Assembly (NCBI RefSeq): GCF_009914755.1
Contig: NC_060931.1
Reading direction: 5' to 3' (one strand)
From: the human T2T-CHM13v2.0 reference genome, Homo sapiens
DNA length: 64,000 bases
Each line of letters opens with the position of its first letter. Positions within the stretch are counted from its first letter, which is position 1. The position numbers were made by a program, and so were the translations under genes. Positions 10,112-23,199 of this stretch are shown piece after piece. The notes under the pieces were generated by a model, which did not search any database, was not told the origin of the DNA, and worked only from the letters and a program-made list of their open reading frames with translations.

Positions 10112-12712
10112 GTCTGGGTTCGGTGGTTCATGCTTGTAATCCCAGCACTTTGGGAGGCTGAGGCAGGAGGATCACTTGAGGCCAGGACTTCAAGACCAGT
10201 CTAAGCAACATAGAGAAACAATGTGTATTAGTCCATTTTCACACTGCTGATACACACATACTCAAGACTGGGCAATTTACAAAAGAAAGAGGTTTAATTG
10301 GACTTATAGTTCCATGTGACTGGGGAAGCCTCATAATCATGGCAGAAGGCAAGGAGGAACAAGTTGTATCTTACATGGATGGCAGCAGGCAAAGAGAGAA
10401 TGAGGAAAATGCAAAACCAGAAACCCTGATAAAACTATCAGATCTCATGAGACTTATTCACTATCATGAGAACAGTATGGGGGATGATTCCCTCATGATT
10501 CAATTATCTCCAACCAGATCCCTCCTATAGCACATGGCAATTATGGGAGTACAATTCAAGATGAGATTTGGGTGGAGACACAGAGCCAAATCATATCACT
10601 CCAGCCCTGACCCTTGCCAAATCTCATGTCTTTACATTTTAAAACCAATCATGCCTTCCCAACAGTCTGCCAAATTCTTAACTCATTTCAGCATAAACTA
10701 AAAAGTACACATCCCAAAGTCTCATCTGAGACAAGGCAAGTCCCTTCTGCCTATGAGCCTGTAAAATCAAAAACAGGCTAGTTATTTCCTAGGTACAATG
10801 GAGATACAGACACTGGGTAAATACAACCATTCCAAATGGAAAAAATTGGCCAAACAAAGGTGCTACAGGGCCCATGCAAGTCTGAAATCCAGCAGGGCAG
10901 TCAAATCTTAAAGCTCCAAAATGATCTCCTTTGACTTCAGGTCTCACATCCAGGTAGTGCTGATGCAAGAGGTGAGTTCCCATGGTCTTGGGCAGCTCCA
11001 TCCTGTGGCTTTGCAGGGTGTAGCCTCTCTCCCAGCTGCTTTCATGGGCTGATGTTTAGTGCCTGCAGCTTTTCCAGGTGCACAGTGCAAAGCTGTTGTG
11101 GATATACCATTCTGAGGTCTGGAGGATGGTGGCCCTTGTCTCACAGTTCCACTAAGCAGTGTCCCAGTAGGAACTCTATGTGGGGGCTCTGACCCCACAT
11201 TTCCCTTCTGCACTGACCAGCAGAGGTTCTCCATGAGAGCCCCACCCCTGCTGCAAACTTCTGCCTGGGCGTCCAGGTATTTCCATACATCTTCTGAAAT
11301 CTAGGCAGAGGTTCCCAAACTTCAATTCTTAACTTACTGTGCATTCACAGGCTCAACACCACATGGAAGCTGCCAAGGCTTGGGGCTTGCACCATCTGAA
11401 GCCATGGTCTGAGCTCCATGTTGGCCCCTTTCAGCCAGTGCTAGAGTGGCTGGGATGCAGGGCACCAAGTTCCTAGGCTGCACACAGCATGGGGACCCTG
11501 GGCCTCCAGTCCTGTGATGGTACGGGCTGCCCTGAAGACCTTGGACATGCCCTGGAGACATTTTCCTCATTGTCTTGGGGATTAACATTGATTCATCATT
11601 ACTTATGCAAATTTCTGCATACGGCTTAAATTTCTTCTCAGAAAATGAGATCTTCTTTTCTATCACATTGTCAGGCTGCAAACTTTTCAAACTTTTGTGC
11701 TCTGTTTCCCTTTTAAAACTGAATGCCTTTAACAGCACCCAAGTCAACTCTTGAATGCTTTACTGCTTAGAAATTTCTTCCACTAGATACCCTAAATCAT
11801 CTCTCTCAAGTTCAAAGTTCCACAAATCTCTAGGGCAGGGGAAAAATGCCACCTGTCTCTTTGCCAAAACATAACAAAAGTCATCTTTGCTCCAGTTTCC
11901 AACAAGTTCCTCATCTCCATCTGAGACCAACTCAGCCTGGATGTTATTGTTCATGTCACTATCAGCATTTCAGGCAAAGCCATTCAACAAGTCTCCAGGA
12001 AGTTCCAAACTTTCCCATATTTTCCTGTCCTCTTCTGAGCCCTCCAAGCTGTTCCAGCCTCTGCCTGTTACCAAGTTCCAAAGTTGCTTCCACATTTTCA
12101 GGTATCTTTTCAGCAATGCCCCACTCTACTGGTACCAATTTATTGTATTAGTCCGTTTGCAAGCTGCTGATAAAGATGAACCTGAGACCGGGCAATTCAC
12201 AAAAGAAAAAGGTTTAACTGGATTACAGTTCCACATAGCTGGGGAAGCCTCACAATCATGGCAGAAGGCAAGGAGGAGCAAGTCCCATCTTACATGAATG
12301 GCAGCAGGCAAAGAAAGAATGAGGAAGAAGCAAAAGTGGCAACCCCTGATAAAACCATCAGATCTAGTGAGACATATTCACTACCAAGAGAACAGTATGG
12401 GGGAAACTGCCCCAGCGATTCAATTATCTTTCAGCAGTTCCCTCTCACAACATTTAGGAATTACAGGAGTACAATTCAAGATGAGATTTGGGTGGGGACA
12501 CAGAGCCAAACCATATCACAGTCTCTAGAAAAAATAAAAATAAAAGAATTAGCTCGGTGTGGTGGCATGTGTTTGTGTCCCAGCTACTCAAGAGGCTGAG
12601 ATGAGAGGATCACTTGAGCACAGCAGGTCAAGTCTGTAATGAGCCATGATTGTACCACTGCACTCCAGCCTAGGCAGCAGAGTGAGACCGTGTCTCAAGA
12701 AAAAAAAAAAAA
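10112..12712 (+). mobile_element. AluJ split by a THE1C provirus (left part 10112-10223, remainder 12519-12712)
   Basis: Left arm up to 'aacatagagaaac' resumes after the THE1 as 'gtctcta..aaaattagc..', followed by the right arm and A-tail; AluJ-type 'ggaggatcacttgag'. Confidence 0.9.
10224..12518 (-). mobile_element. Full-length THE1C MaLR provirus: 3' LTR 10224-10598, internal 10599-12143, 5' LTR 12144-12518
   Basis: Two 375-bp direct repeats, each TGTATTAGTCC...CATATCA; PPT complement adjacent to 10598; frameshifted THE1-int ORF remnants (11760..11954, 11334..11747, 11141..11344, 10944..11234). Confidence 0.95.
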
Positions 12713-12759
12713 TTCTCTCCTTTGCATCACCATTATCAGATTTTAGTACATATATCCTC

Positions 12760-13250
12760 TGTAAACCAAAAAGTACCTGAGGCAGGTCTCAATCAATTTA
12801 GAGGTTTATTTTGCTAAGATTGAAGACATGCTGAGGAAAAAGAAACACAAAACCACAGGAACAATCTGTGATCCATGCTTTTACCAAAGAGGATCTCTGG
12901 ACATCAATATTTAAAAAGGAAAGGCCAGACAGTATGGAAAAGAAGAAAGAAGAAAAGGGGAAGTGTAGATAAAAGCGGAAAGCGGTTGCATTTTTTTAAG
13001 GCTTCCATCAGCGTTCACTGAATCCACGTTTTACATGTGAAAGGAGTGGAAAGAAGAATAGTCAATTATGTATTCCTCTCATGCTTAGTAAATGAACAAT
13101 TTACATAAGATAAAGTAAACATAGAGTAGCACCTGTGGAGACATCTGGCCTTCTATCTCCAGCAATTTCTTTGTGTGACTCAGCTTTCAGTTTAACGTTT
13201 CCCTTTGGCATAGTGCATTTAAGGTCCTGAGATTTTATTTTCCTTTCACA
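12760..13250 (-). mobile_element. MER4-family ERV1 solo LTR
   Basis: Reverse complement starts TGTGAAAGGAAAATAAAATCTCAGGACC and ends ...GAGACCTGCCTCAGGTACTTTTTGGTTTACA, matching MER4-type termini. Confidence 0.85.
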
Positions 13251-13369
13251 ACTGCTAAAGTAGTTTAAATCAGACTCATTACAATAGCTTTTAATCACTT
13301 TCTGCCCTTACCTCATCGTTCTGTCTGCCCCTGGACATTAATTATTTCTGCTAAGCAACAAATATTGCA

Positions 13370-14200
13370 ATGTCTTATTCCTCTGTCTGGCATGCTTTTC
13401 CCTGATCAACAGGGTTCCTCGACCCTGACTCTGGCTTATCTTCTCCAGGAGCCTTTTTCTAATCACCCTAAGGAAAACTGCAACATCCTCTACCACCAAC
13501 ATTCCCTTTTCTCTTCTATGCTTTATGCTTCTCTGTAGTATTCTCAGCATCTGAATTAGCTTTCTATTGCTGTCATAAGTAATTTCCACAAACTCAGTGG
13601 CTTAAACAAAGTAAGTTGGGAACTCACTGCACTGAATTGAGCACTGCACAAGGCTGTGCTCCTTTCTGGAGGCTCTAGGAGAGAATGCACTTCCTTGCCT
13701 TCTTTAGTTTCTAGAGACACTCACATTTGTTGGCTCATGGCTCCTTTTTTCAAAGCAAGTGATGTATAATCTCTCGGATCCTGCTTCTCTTATCACATCT
13801 CTTCCAACTACAGTGGGAAAAGATTCTTTGCTTTTAATGACTTCTGTGGTTAGATTGGACTCAACTAATAATCCAAAATGCACTTCCTATTATTTTAAAG
13901 TGTATAATCTTTATCCCATCTGCAAAGCCAAGATTCATGTAAAGTAACATCTTCCCAGATTCGGGGATTAAGACGTGGTCACTTTGGTGGGGGGAGTTAT
14001 TCTGCCTACCATCCATGTAGAATTCTAAGCTTTCTATATTCATTTTTATTATATATCACCAACAACTAAAATGTAAATTTTATAGAGACAGCATAGTTGT
14101 TTTAAATTTTGTCTGTTTCTGTTTTGATTTTTGCTGTATTTCCAGATAGAGCCTGACACATATAAATAAGGTACTTAATAAACACTTGCTGAGTGAGTAG
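13370..14200 (+). mobile_element. L2 3' fragment interrupted by MLT1D
   Basis: L2 3'-end motif 'gcctgacacata...tacttaataaacacttgctgagtgagt' at ~14150-14200; L2-like sequence left of the MLT1. Confidence 0.6.
13552..14011 (-). mobile_element. MLT1D-like MaLR solo LTR
   Basis: Reverse complement starts ..GGTAGGCAGAATAA..CCAAAG..CCACGTCTTAATCCCC; other end 'attgctg..ccacaaactcagtggcttaaac'. Confidence 0.8.
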
Positions 14201-15304
14201 ATATCACTTACTACTTTGGGTCCTAGTGCTTTGGGTACATGTCTAAACTTGCCATTGATTTGTACATTTTTTAAGGTCAAGGCTATGCCCTATGCCAGCA
14301 AGTTTTCTTCATATCCTGCTAAGTGATCAATATGAATAGTGTGTGCTGAGTAAACAAGTTTAGAATGTAATGAGTTAAAATATCTTCTGAATTTAAAAAA
14401 ATGATGATATTAAAAATGCCAACCACAGTATTATATTGGCTAAAACCAAAATGCCATTAAGCAATAGGATTGTTTCTATGACAATAATGCAATCCCAAAA
14501 TTTGTTCACAATGTTTTGTAAATTATTTGGAGGTTGGCATTTTATATATTCTTAAAATCATCTAATTTTCCAAAGACTTCCAAAATAGCTTCTCTATGAG
14601 TATGCTCACACCCTATCAGTTATATCTTTCCAAGGCTCTGAGGTCACATTCTTTTTTTCTCTAATGGTATCTCCTGTGAGCCCCCTTCTACCTCAGGACA
14701 TCAAGGAAGAACAAACATAGTTATACCTTTAATTTGTGAAATGCACTTAAATCTACATTATGCATCTTTCTTAATAGCTTAATCTCCCTTTTGGTAGAAT
14801 CCCAAGTACTTAGTTATCTATTGAATATTAGGTCTGGGGGAGGACACACCTGTGTCTATGAACCTCCTTGTTCTGTGCCTGCACTTTTCACGTTTTCTTG
14901 TCTCTGTTAACACCTAGGTGGGGACATATATTGACTGCCCCTCTGCCCTATTAGCTGAATTCAATGAAAATGGAAACTGATGTATTCAACCTAGTAAGGG
15001 AGGACTTTTCTGTTGCCATATATTCCATAATAAACAAATGCAATATTTGTAGCAAGAGCAACCTCCATAACTTCAAATGAAATTGTTATACCAGGACATC
15101 CTCTTTCTCTGACAGGACATATCCATATTCCCATTAATTTCTCTAGCACAAGAAGAAGGGAGTTGAGGACCTTTTTGAATGCGTAATGTATGCCAGCATC
15201 CTATGAAGTTTAAAATAAGGAGGACTTTATTCTATTGCTTGTGGGAATATTGGTGTCACCTATTACATATCTGCATTTGAAAGATGCTTTCGAAACTTAC
15301 TTTA

Positions 15305-15430
15305 AATGTGGTCTCAGTTTCCTCATCTGTAAATTGAAAATGTAAAATGATTCTTACTACATAATGTTTTTATTAGAACTAAATTAAATAATTGATCTAA
15401 AACAATTACATGGCTCTGCTCAATAAATTG
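15305..15430 (+). mobile_element. MIR
   Basis: MIR core 'ctcagtttcctcatctgtaaa'. Confidence 0.75.
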
Positions 15431-15719
15431 CATATTTATGACTATCATGTTACGTTGTACAATTCTTCACAATATATAAAGTAGACTTCCACCAATTCAC
15501 TTTATTGGTGAATTGGTTTTAACATACATATTTAAAAATTACATATCAGTGTTCTAAACTTAGTTCCCTTTTCTTTTTCACATTCTCAGGGTACCACACC
15601 CATTCCTGTTGAGAAATAATCTGAATCATTTTGATTGTTCAGTAATTGTCACATTATTTTCATCAAGACTGATCACCTCCAGTAAGGGACTAGTTAGATG
15701 CTAGAAATGATCTCTCTTA

Positions 15720-15765
15720 AACACACACACATGCTCACACAGACATGCACACACACACATACACA
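15720..15765. repeat. Imperfect (CA)n
   Basis: Direct reading. Confidence 0.85.
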
Positions 15766-16454
15766 GTCTTGCTACCAGGATGATTGTATAATAAAAGAAG
15801 TATAAAACAGGACTGCAAAGCATACAAACAAGAATTTTCTTTTCAAATTAGAGACTGACAACTTACAGCTTCCTCCTGCAAGCTTTTTGGAATTCCTTTT
15901 GTCTATCCTAAGTAAAGTTTCTCTAAGATGCTCTTGGTTGAATGGTTCCATCTAAAGTGAGTATAATGTTATTTTGTTGCTGTATACCAAACTTCTAGGT
16001 AGATAAGGCAACAGAGTTTGCCTTTAAGTGGGTTACCCAGGACCAAATAGAGTTCAAGATCTAGGTTAATACTCCAAATGTGCAACAGGTGTGGGCACAT
16101 CACATTTTTATACCCATTCACCTGAGATATGGAAGTAACTCTACCAATTTATAGCCAGCCATTTATCTCAAATATAAACGTCACTCACTTCAGTTATGAA
16201 AAATTATTCCTATCTACTGTCATTCTAAATACAAAATCTCTGATGAAGATCGAAATAGCAGGAGTTCAAGAACTTTGGAGATAGAAAGCCTACTCAGAGG
16301 TCTTCAATGCTAACTGTTCATTTTTGGTGTGTGTAACCCTGATTAGGTTAATCCAGATTTCAACTCATCAGCCTGGATTTGCAGGTTAAGATTAACTTAC
16401 AAACAAATATATTGCACTATTGTCACTTACTATTTTAAATTATACATTTTTTAA

Positions 16455-16700
16455 ATGGATTACAGGCAATTAACAACTTCCAGAACCTGGAAATATGTTG
16501 TCTCATATAGCAAAAGCAACTTGGCAGATGTGGTTAAATATTCCAGCCCTGAGGTGGTGAGATAATCTTGGGTTTTCCAGGTGTGCTAAATCTAATCATG
16601 CAAGTCTGTAAAAGCAGAGAAGCTTTACTAGCAGCAGTGAGAAGGAGAAAGAGAGATGTGAAAATGTAAGAAGGGTAAGAGCAGAGTCCCTGGCTTTGAA
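16455..16700 (+). mobile_element. MLT1 (D/E-like) LTR 5' fragment
   Basis: 'ccagaacctggaaatatgtt...gcaaaag...gcagatgtggttaa...gagataatcttggg'. Confidence 0.65.
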
Positions 16701-18379
16701 AATCTAGTAATAGAAAATTCTCATTTACGCCCAGCTTTCAATAGCATGAGTATTTCATGAAATAGTTACCTATGAAGAGCCATGATTACATGGTAACACA
16801 TTTAAGATGTGTGTTATGAATTTGAAATGTTGAGTTGGTGAAATTTGCAATATCATTTCATACCTTAGGATGCACTAGTGAAACAGAATCACTTACAGAA
16901 AAACGAGACAGTTCTGGAAGAAGTCCCAGATCTTTGCAACAGTGCAGAATCTAATGTGGGATAGGATAAATTTCCAGCTCAGACAGAGGTGTGAGTGTCC
17001 AGTGTGCAAAACTGTGTTAAGAAATTTTGAGTTTGCTTATTATACCTTTTGTAAAAGTTTCTAATTGAAAATATAGTGCACATTAAATAATTTCTGATTA
17101 ATATTAATTTTAAGCTGGCAAATAGTCATGATTCAAGAAGATGTTAACTTTAAAGAAACCAAATTAAATAAACATAAATTAATGTGAAGAGTGTAAAGCC
17201 CAAAGAAGGCTTGCCTGCAAGTCAGAATGCAATTCATTCTGACAATTGCAAGAACATATCTGTTGGGTAAATTCAGGAAAAACTAATTTATCCAGAATTA
17301 ATCAATCACTACTCCCTTCACCTCATGGAAATGCTGCTCTCAATGCAAGTGTTCCACTGCAGTGGGATTATCCAGGTATCTTCCTGTGCCCTCCAAAATG
17401 CAGGAGAGATGAAAACCCTGGAAATCATCTTAACAGAATTGTCACTACTGATGAGTGATTTGTCAATAAATCTGTGTTGAATAACTAAATTCTTCAATAC
17501 ATAAAAAGTAAGCTGAATTATCACACAATACAGATCAACTATGAGATTTATTACAGTTCCTTTCTAGATTTGTACTGGTTAGCTGAAATAATGGTGACCT
17601 ACATTACCTATTTTCATTTCTCGCCACTAAGAGCTTATAAATTTGTTAGTACTCTTGCTTATCTTTAATTTTACAGTTGTGCTGCATTTTCAGTCTATTT
17701 TCTAATTCTTTCCTATAGCTGGGAAAAGTTCTCAGGTAGATATGTACACATTGGCAAATCTCCACTTGCCCCTTTCCTCAGACCATTGTCTGATCTGTAA
17801 CTGGAAATGTCCACTCTGATTATTTGTCATTTCTCTCTCCAAAGCCAGGTGCCCAAAGTACCATCAAAATCATTCATTTTTGACTGATGCAAAAACCTCT
17901 TGTGAGATTAGAGTGTATAGGGTGATGGTCAACACAGGCAATGATATGTAAACAGGATCTTTAAAAAGCACTATAATTGGTGATAAAAATGCAGATTTCA
18001 ATACATTTTTATGATGTCAAACATAATGATGTTGTTGTAGTATTTACCAAGATGTTATACTGCAGTACAGCAATGTTACTATAGTATTCATCACGGCAAA
18101 GTTTGTCCTTCCTAGCCACAGCCCACTTTTTCTATTTTATGCTCTGCCCATATCCCGGTACAACCAGTGCTGTGAATACAGCAATCTGTCCATATGCATA
18201 ATGAAACTATGTTCCTGCCTGCTTTGAGGCTTTGATCTCCTTGGCTTGATATCTGAGATATCCTTCCATATTTTATGCTCCTACATGAAATCTCTCTAAA
18301 TTCCCAAGACTCAGTGTAAAAAAAAAACAAAAAAAAAAGCAAAAAACACTTATTATTGAAGAATTATTTCCCCCAGATT

Positions 18380-18560
18380 GAATTATTCATGCTCACCTAT
18401 GTTTCTTAGCACATTGAGCATATTTCTATGTTATTATTATTAATTTCCTTGAGAGTGGGAAGTAAACACCTTGGTCATGTCTGCACCTCTGCTTTGCAAC
18501 AGGGCTTGACACTAAGTAAAAAGCACAGAAAATACTTGTTGAACATTTTTGAATTGAATC
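18380..18560 (+). mobile_element. L2 3' end
   Basis: 'ttccttgagagtggg...cagggcttgacac...aaatacttgttgaa..tgaattgaat'. Confidence 0.6.
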
Positions 18561-19274
18561 AGATTAAAGTGAATTGACCTGATTAAGGTTTATAGAATTG
18601 CCTGGGATGAGTTGGCCTCCAAAGAGCTGTTTTCCTTTTTTTTAAACAAATAAATTCAGACTTAATTACAGCAATTAATTTCATTTTAAATACTATTATG
18701 GATGGGTCTTTAATTTAATATTGCTTCACCTTTACATTTACTGTAATAATGTTCTTCTGTAGTTATCAATTGGCAGTATTTATTATTTTCCCTGTGGAGG
18801 TAATTATAAAATTATAAGAACCCAGAGGATGCACTGAATTTTAGAGGCTAAAGTTATTTTGGAACCGTCAATTTTGTTCTATTTTGTTGCTTTATATGAA
18901 GTGGTAGACATGACTAAATATGCTTTAGAAATTTAGATTATTTAAAGGAACAGAACACCAGTATCAGAGACAAATTCTTGTCTCTCATCATAAAAATTTA
19001 ACACATCCAGGACATGCCTTTTGAAAGGAATAGACAGAGAGCTCTGAAGTGGCCTTTCCCGTGAGTGGCTACCATCTCAAATGTGACCCTTATGTCTCAC
19101 CAAAAAGCAGAAAAACCTCTTTCACAAGTTACTACTTGACTTCCAGAACTCTCCCTTGGCTCTTTCTCTGCACCTGTACTCCTCCTCTAAACCCAGCTCC
19201 CCAAAATCTCCCCGCTGTGGGCTAGATCTGTTGGGGAGAAGCCATTCCTCAGCCTGCTCACAGGTCCAAGAAAA

Positions 19275-19445
19275 AACTCTTCATAGCTTATTTATATTGT
19301 CCCGTGCCTCTTTGTCTGCCTCTTCCATTAGAACAGAAGCTTTCAAACAGAAGGGATTTAGTCTTCTTATGGTTAATGCCTACCACAATGCCTATAATCT
19401 TTTTACATATTGTTGTGTGAAAATGAGTGAATGACTGAGTAATGA
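19275..19445 (+). mobile_element. L2 3' end
   Basis: 'tgtctgcctcttccattaga..aagctt...cacaatgcct...aatgagtgaatga'. Confidence 0.55.
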
Positions 19446-20338
19446 CACGGTCTGCTGAGGTGAGCTAGCCATGACACATAGGTGCTGTATTTGACATTCC
19501 AGATATTGGCAGAAGTAATCAGCAGGCAAAAGGAGAACCACTGAACCAAACAAATGCTGTCAGATTCACTTACTCTCTACCACCCAGGGGGCAGACAGTG
19601 GAGAAAACCTTGCAGAAATGGACTTCTCCAGAGATCCAAGAGGTACTGATCGCAAACGGACTCCAGGCCCTCTGAGTATGCACTATATTTGCTTTCCTGC
19701 CTAAAGCAGGCACCAATTACTGACCCAGTGCATTTGGTAAGTCAGTCTCCCTGCTAGAGGAGAAAGTTTCCAACTAAAGGGATGCCAGCATTTCAGCCTG
19801 GAGGTAGTTTTGCAGATTTAGGGACTAAGTCAGAAAGAAAATCAGAAAGAATAGCATTATGAGAAGACTTAAGAAAATCAAGACCAGTTTTAAGGTGCTG
19901 GTGAGTAAAAAAGACCCAGAGGACAAACACAAGTAGGGACAGCTCATTTCCACTGTCAGTCATAGGGAAAGGCCATCCACAAGCAGCAGGAGAAAAGTAC
20001 TGGAGACAGCCGCTGTTTGAACTTCTCAAACTGAGTTCCCATTGTACACATCAGGATGTCTTGAAATGTTTAAGACAACTCTTGGGTGACAGAAAAAATA
20101 GGTCAAGATATAACCCTTACATAGAATACGTGCTGAAGATGAGTGAGCATATTTTCTAAAGAAGTTCATCTACTTAGATGGCACTGACTGCATTTATTTA
20201 CATTTTGTTTGGCACTAATGTTCAGTAAAGTGTTATCTATTGTTCTCAATCTGGCTATGCCCTGTCAGAGAGAACTGGAATACTTGCCTGTGTTCACAAT
20301 TAGGCCAGACTGACAAAGGGCAGTATGGTGTGGCTGCC

Positions 20339-20507
20339 TTATTTTTTATTTATTCATCTACATTTATTAATTTAAGACAGCATCTCGTTCTGTCACCCAG
20401 GCTGGAGTGTAGTGGTGTGATCATAGCTCACTGCAGCTTCAGACTCCTGGGCTCAAGCAATCCACCCACCTCAGACTCTGTAGTAGCTGGGAATACAGGC
20501 ACATGAC
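20339..20507 (-). mobile_element. Alu monomer (FRAM or AluJ right arm)
   Basis: T-rich tail followed by 'tctgtcacccaggctggagtgtagtggtgtgatcatagctcactgcagc...gtagctggg'. Confidence 0.9.
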
Positions 20508-20669
20508 TGCTTTAACTGCACAGAGATGTCCACTGCACACTTGCAAGACCCAGTAACTAGTCGGCTGCAATTGTTGATTTTTCAATTAATTGCCACAATT
20601 TTACTATTAAAGAAAATATGTCTTCCTTAAAAGGGATACAATTTGAATTAAGTCTGGATGGTATATTTT

Positions 20670-20810
20670 TTCTTGATTAGATTTTTGTGAATCTGATTAC
20701 AACGATAGCTCTCAATAAAATATTCTCAAAAACACAAATTTTGCATGCAATTTCATGATATTCATAGATCTATAAACCTACTCATGAATAACAAGTAGAA
20801 ACACTGCCCT
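20670..20810 (+). mobile_element. MER103C-like hAT-Charlie fragment
   Basis: 'tgaatctgat...cacaaattttgcatgcaatttca' resembles the recalled MER103C consensus. Confidence 0.5.
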
Positions 20811-22339
20811 GGAAGGAACTCTGCCATGGGGTGAAAGAGGAACCAGAAGCAGCTGTTGCAAAATACAAATGCAAAGGTCTCAAAAAATTAAAAAAAAACA
20901 TTAAAAGTATGTTTGGTGAACCAGGGGCTTTGTGCTAGAGAAATGGAGGTGAACCTGGCAGTTCCTCTGGCAGAGTTCCTCTGGCAGTGTCACTCATGTC
21001 TCAGGCTGTCTCTCTAAAAGGGTGTCTGACAGAGGATGATAGCAATACTAATGGCTTCATCTCTGTCATATTCAACATGTAAAGAAAACACGGTGGGACT
21101 TGAATAAAATAAGTTTCAAAATCTATAACCTCTACACAATTAATGTAAAATGAAACCGAACGTGTAAAGGGAGAGAAAGCGAGATTCTGTTTCTCAGCTT
21201 TAATCTAAATGAAGAAAATGGCAAATATCTAAAAATATACTTAATGTGGCCCATAAAATGATGAACTTGGGAAAAGCAAAGTTGATAATATAAGACTTTT
21301 GAATCAAGGAAACTGAAATAGCGAGGGATATAAGCAGCCACCCCAACTTTCTTTCCAGAATAATTTGTTAAAATATAAACTACACAGTCTGACTCCAAAA
21401 TTGCCTGGGGGAACAGTTATGGATTTACAGAGAAAAGTTAAGCAATGTGCTCAGGGCCTTCCAGCCCATTCATTCCCAAGAGCCTGTGGAGAGGACTCAA
21501 CAGCAGCTTGAGGTTTCTTGGCTTATTTTCTCCAGAAAGCACAGCATCAGCGCTCAGCCACGTGCATCCGCTGAAATATACTGCACCCCTTCCTTCTCCC
21601 TCATCAGAGCCTCTCGCTGCCAAAGACCTGCTTTGTGAAAGCATGTGGCCTGTCCACCTGAATTTCTGAATTGTTTGAGGTTTCTCTAATCACTTCAATG
21701 CAAGTTCTATCCTCCTCTCAAGATTGGGCAGGGACTCTGAGAGGCTACTGGAGCTGGTAGCAAGAGAAAAGCCTCAAAGGTGTTCCACACCAAAGCAATG
21801 ATTGACAAGTGAATGATTATGGACATGCCAGGGCACTGGGCTTTACGAAAAGTATCAATTTTCACCAAGGAAAGGAAAGCTGCTTTGGGTCATAGTGCAA
21901 ACGTGTATGATTGTGGCCAGAATTTAATGGGCAGCATATGGAGTCACAGCAAATGGAATGTCTCAGCTGCACATTTGCAATCCTCACCACACTACTGCAG
22001 CCAAATTGTCTGACTCATGCAGAGGCTGGTGGGAAGCAAACAGGTATTGTGGCTTCCGGAGAAACATCCCAGCTAGCTGCAGCAGCAGCTGTACAGCTGG
22101 GTGAGAAATGAGAATCTATACCAGAAAATAATAGGAGTAGGGTGCAGGCTGTATGCCAGAAATGAGATTGCAGCAAAAGGTGGTAGAGGATGGACTCAAG
22201 CCTGGAAACTACTAATTGGAACAGAAAGAGCAAAGGATTGGAACAAAAGAGGAGCCAGAGCCAAATTCAAAACCTGGGATCAGCCTTCCGTATAATTTAA
22301 ATATAGTTTATAGGAGTCTTGAAAGTCATTTGCAATTTT

Positions 22340-22920
22340 TCTCTTGACATATAATCCCGGCCTCATTCTCTGCCTTTCAGTTATTCCCTTTTCTCCCACT
22401 GTGTTAGTTACATTCAGCATATTCATTATACGTTCATGATTTTTCATGTGATAATAATTTTCCATGTTAGAAATTACCTTCCCTATTTCCTAGAACTGAC
22501 AAAATTCCCTCAATGCTTTATAGTCCAGTTCAAATATTTATGCTTCTCTTGAGACTTTCTGCCTCTTCCAGTGAAAATTCATTGATGTGTCTTGTGTTCC
22601 CAAGAGTTTTTTCAATGCCTCTCTGAATAATTATATTGCACACTATCATAAATAATTGAAGCATGAGATGGAAGCTTGTATGCACGCATGTGCGCACATG
22701 CGTGTGTGTGAGTGAGGGGGTTCATGTGTGTGTACCTGAGTGGGTATGTGTGGATGAGTGTGCATGTGCATGTATGTGTATCTGACTGCCTTGTCTCTTC
22801 TAGAAGGTAAACTTTCTCAAGATAATTCCTGTGTTTTATTTATCTCTGTTTCCCTAAACATTTCCATAGTGTATTTCACATAACAAATGTTCAACTCATG
22901 TTTATTCAATAAATAGATAA
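22340..22920 (+). mobile_element. L2 3' region with an internal TG-rich simple repeat (22678-22780)
   Basis: 'tccagttcaaat...ctagaaggtaaact...ttatttatctctgtttcccta...catagtg...tgtttattcaataaa'. Confidence 0.6.
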
Positions 22921-23199
22921 GTTATATTAGACATTTTAGGCTGTAGAAATAGAATTTTAAAAACGTTTGCATCCATACATGAAAATGACAATCCAATCTG
23001 TAGCCTGCTAATTTGAAAGCAAACCTTGATTGCTTTCAAATTTTTTATTTTTTTTACAAGCAACTCCTTGAGTCAATTTCAGTTACCTGAACTTCCCCTG
23101 CCAAAGCCCATGTACTCATGTACTTTCAGGCTTTCAAATATCCAGCAACACCTATCTGTCATGACGAAGCCAGGAATAGAAAAAAAAAATCCTCCCAAC

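Noticed and set aside
10339-12599. Dense cluster of overlapping ORFs as a coding locus
   Set aside because: All lie within the THE1C LTRs and internal region; the internal ORF is broken across several frames.
12756-13254. TSD around the MER4 LTR
   Set aside because: The flanks cctc / actg do not match well enough to claim a TSD.
19581-19594. CTCF-like motif cacccagggggcag
   Set aside because: It mismatches the conserved 5' CCAC/CCAG part of the core, and a single motif is not supportable without ChIP data.
21100-22300. Repeat-poor stretch with several short ORFs as host exons
   Set aside because: No recognisable protein family and no convincing paired splice sites. It may be conserved non-coding DNA, but that cannot be shown from the sequence alone.
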